This document shows, in pieces, positions 63,134 to 64,000 of a stretch of 64,000 nt of DNA; the first letter of the stretch is position 1, and each line of letters opens with the position of its first letter. A program made the translations under genes and the position numbers. Source of the DNA: Octopus sinensis (lineage: Eukaryota); assembly GCF_006345805.1 (NCBI RefSeq), contig NC_043006.1, forward strand, positions 62,806,001 to 62,870,000, in the 5' to 3' direction. The notes under the pieces were generated by a model, which worked only from the letters and a program-made list of their open reading frames with translations, searched no databases and had not been told where the DNA came from.

Positions 63134-63640
63134 AATGGTCACTTTGGTTTCGTCAGTGAGTAGTACTGACCCAGGACCAAAACCATGCCCGCTACGACCC
63201 GCTTTGTGCGATAATCATTTTTAATGCCGCAGCAAATTTTCAAAGATGCCAAAGTGAATAATTTTTTTTTAATATATAAGGATATCATTCTTAATGATTT
63301 ACAATAATATCGGTGGCTAGTATTGTGTAAAAGAGCCATAAAGGTAAAATTATTAAATAATAATGAAAGGTAATACTTGTAACCCTAGGTCATTATTACT
63401 CACTGACGAGAACAAAGTGATCATTTACCAAGTTCGAAATCACCGATATGGGTATGTCTGATCTTCATTCTTTTCGATCCTTTTCGTCTATGGTACAGGG
63501 TCTTAAAATTTTACTTCTTATTCCCTCGATTTCTCACTTGTGTACAAGTAAAAACTGTGTTTTCCAGTCGTTTTGAATGTTATTTTTAGCATGATGGTGT
63601 TACATGTAGTACATTTCATTATTAATTAATTAACAAAATT
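63134..63640 (+). mobile_element. PLE-type or retrozyme-like repeat: inverted partial copy plus full hammerhead
   Basis: 63135-63173 is an imperfect reverse complement of 63386-63424, the 5' half of the HHR. Confidence 0.55.
63387..63464 (+). ncRNA. Type I hammerhead ribozyme, apparently intact
   Basis: Stem I TACTCA(63397-402)/TGGGTA(63449-54); core CTGACGA (63403-09); stem II GAAC/GTTC; GAAA (63436-39); stem III ATC/GAT; AUA triplet with cut after 63448; distal stem I AGGTCA/TGATCT. Confidence 0.8.
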
Positions 63641-63644
63641 AACG

Positions 63645-63748
63645 AGACTATAGTAGAAGATATTTGCGCAAGGGGCCTCGCAGTGGGATTGAACCCGGAA
63701 CCATGTAGTCGTTAAGCAAGCTACTTACCACACAGCCATTTCTACGCC

Positions 63749-63750
<2 letters not shown>
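63645..63750 (-). mobile_element. tRNA-derived SINE head fragment
   Basis: Reverse complement TGGCTGTGTGGTAAG (A box)..GGTTCAATCCC (B box)..TCTTCTACTATAGTCTCG. Confidence 0.75.
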
Positions 63751-63780
<30 letters not shown>

Positions 63781-64000
63781 TATTTATATATATAATATAT
63801 ATATATATTTATATATATATATATATATATATGCATGTATATACAAATATATGTATGATCATATATATGTGTATGTATGCAAATATATTTATATATAATT
63901 TATATCATTATATGACTGAACGCATCCATTTCTAAGTAAGTTTTATCTTAATAATATCGATTCGATACTCTTTCTATCCTCTTTCTTCCCCTCTTTCGTT

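Overview
AT-rich, microsatellite-dense eukaryotic DNA. The SINE families and repeat landscape resemble octopus (coleoid cephalopod) DNA; this is inference from remembered repeat consensuses, not a database result. I found no supportable host protein-coding exon, true tRNA or rRNA, so the window looks intergenic or intronic, and most ORFs in the track are microsatellite or antisense artefacts. It is a mosaic of transposable elements: hAT (2), Tc1 (2), DD37D/maT (2), Chapaev3-like (3), a non-autonomous Helitron, a foldback MITE, a deleted Gypsy LTR element, a near full-length RTE LINE plus RTE fragments, R4/Dong-like LINE pieces, many tRNA-derived SINEs and several Penelope-like element (PLE) fragments. 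The most interesting signal is RNA-level: five different repeat families carry type I hammerhead ribozyme (HHR) folds. Two look catalytically intact by eye: 63387-63464 (+), and 59786-59917 (-) with an 86-nt structured stem II insert. Another sits behind a tRNA-like Pol III promoter inside a PLE terminal repeat (16071-16260). All folds were paired by hand, none has been computed or tested, and element boundaries without TIR/TSD support are approximate.
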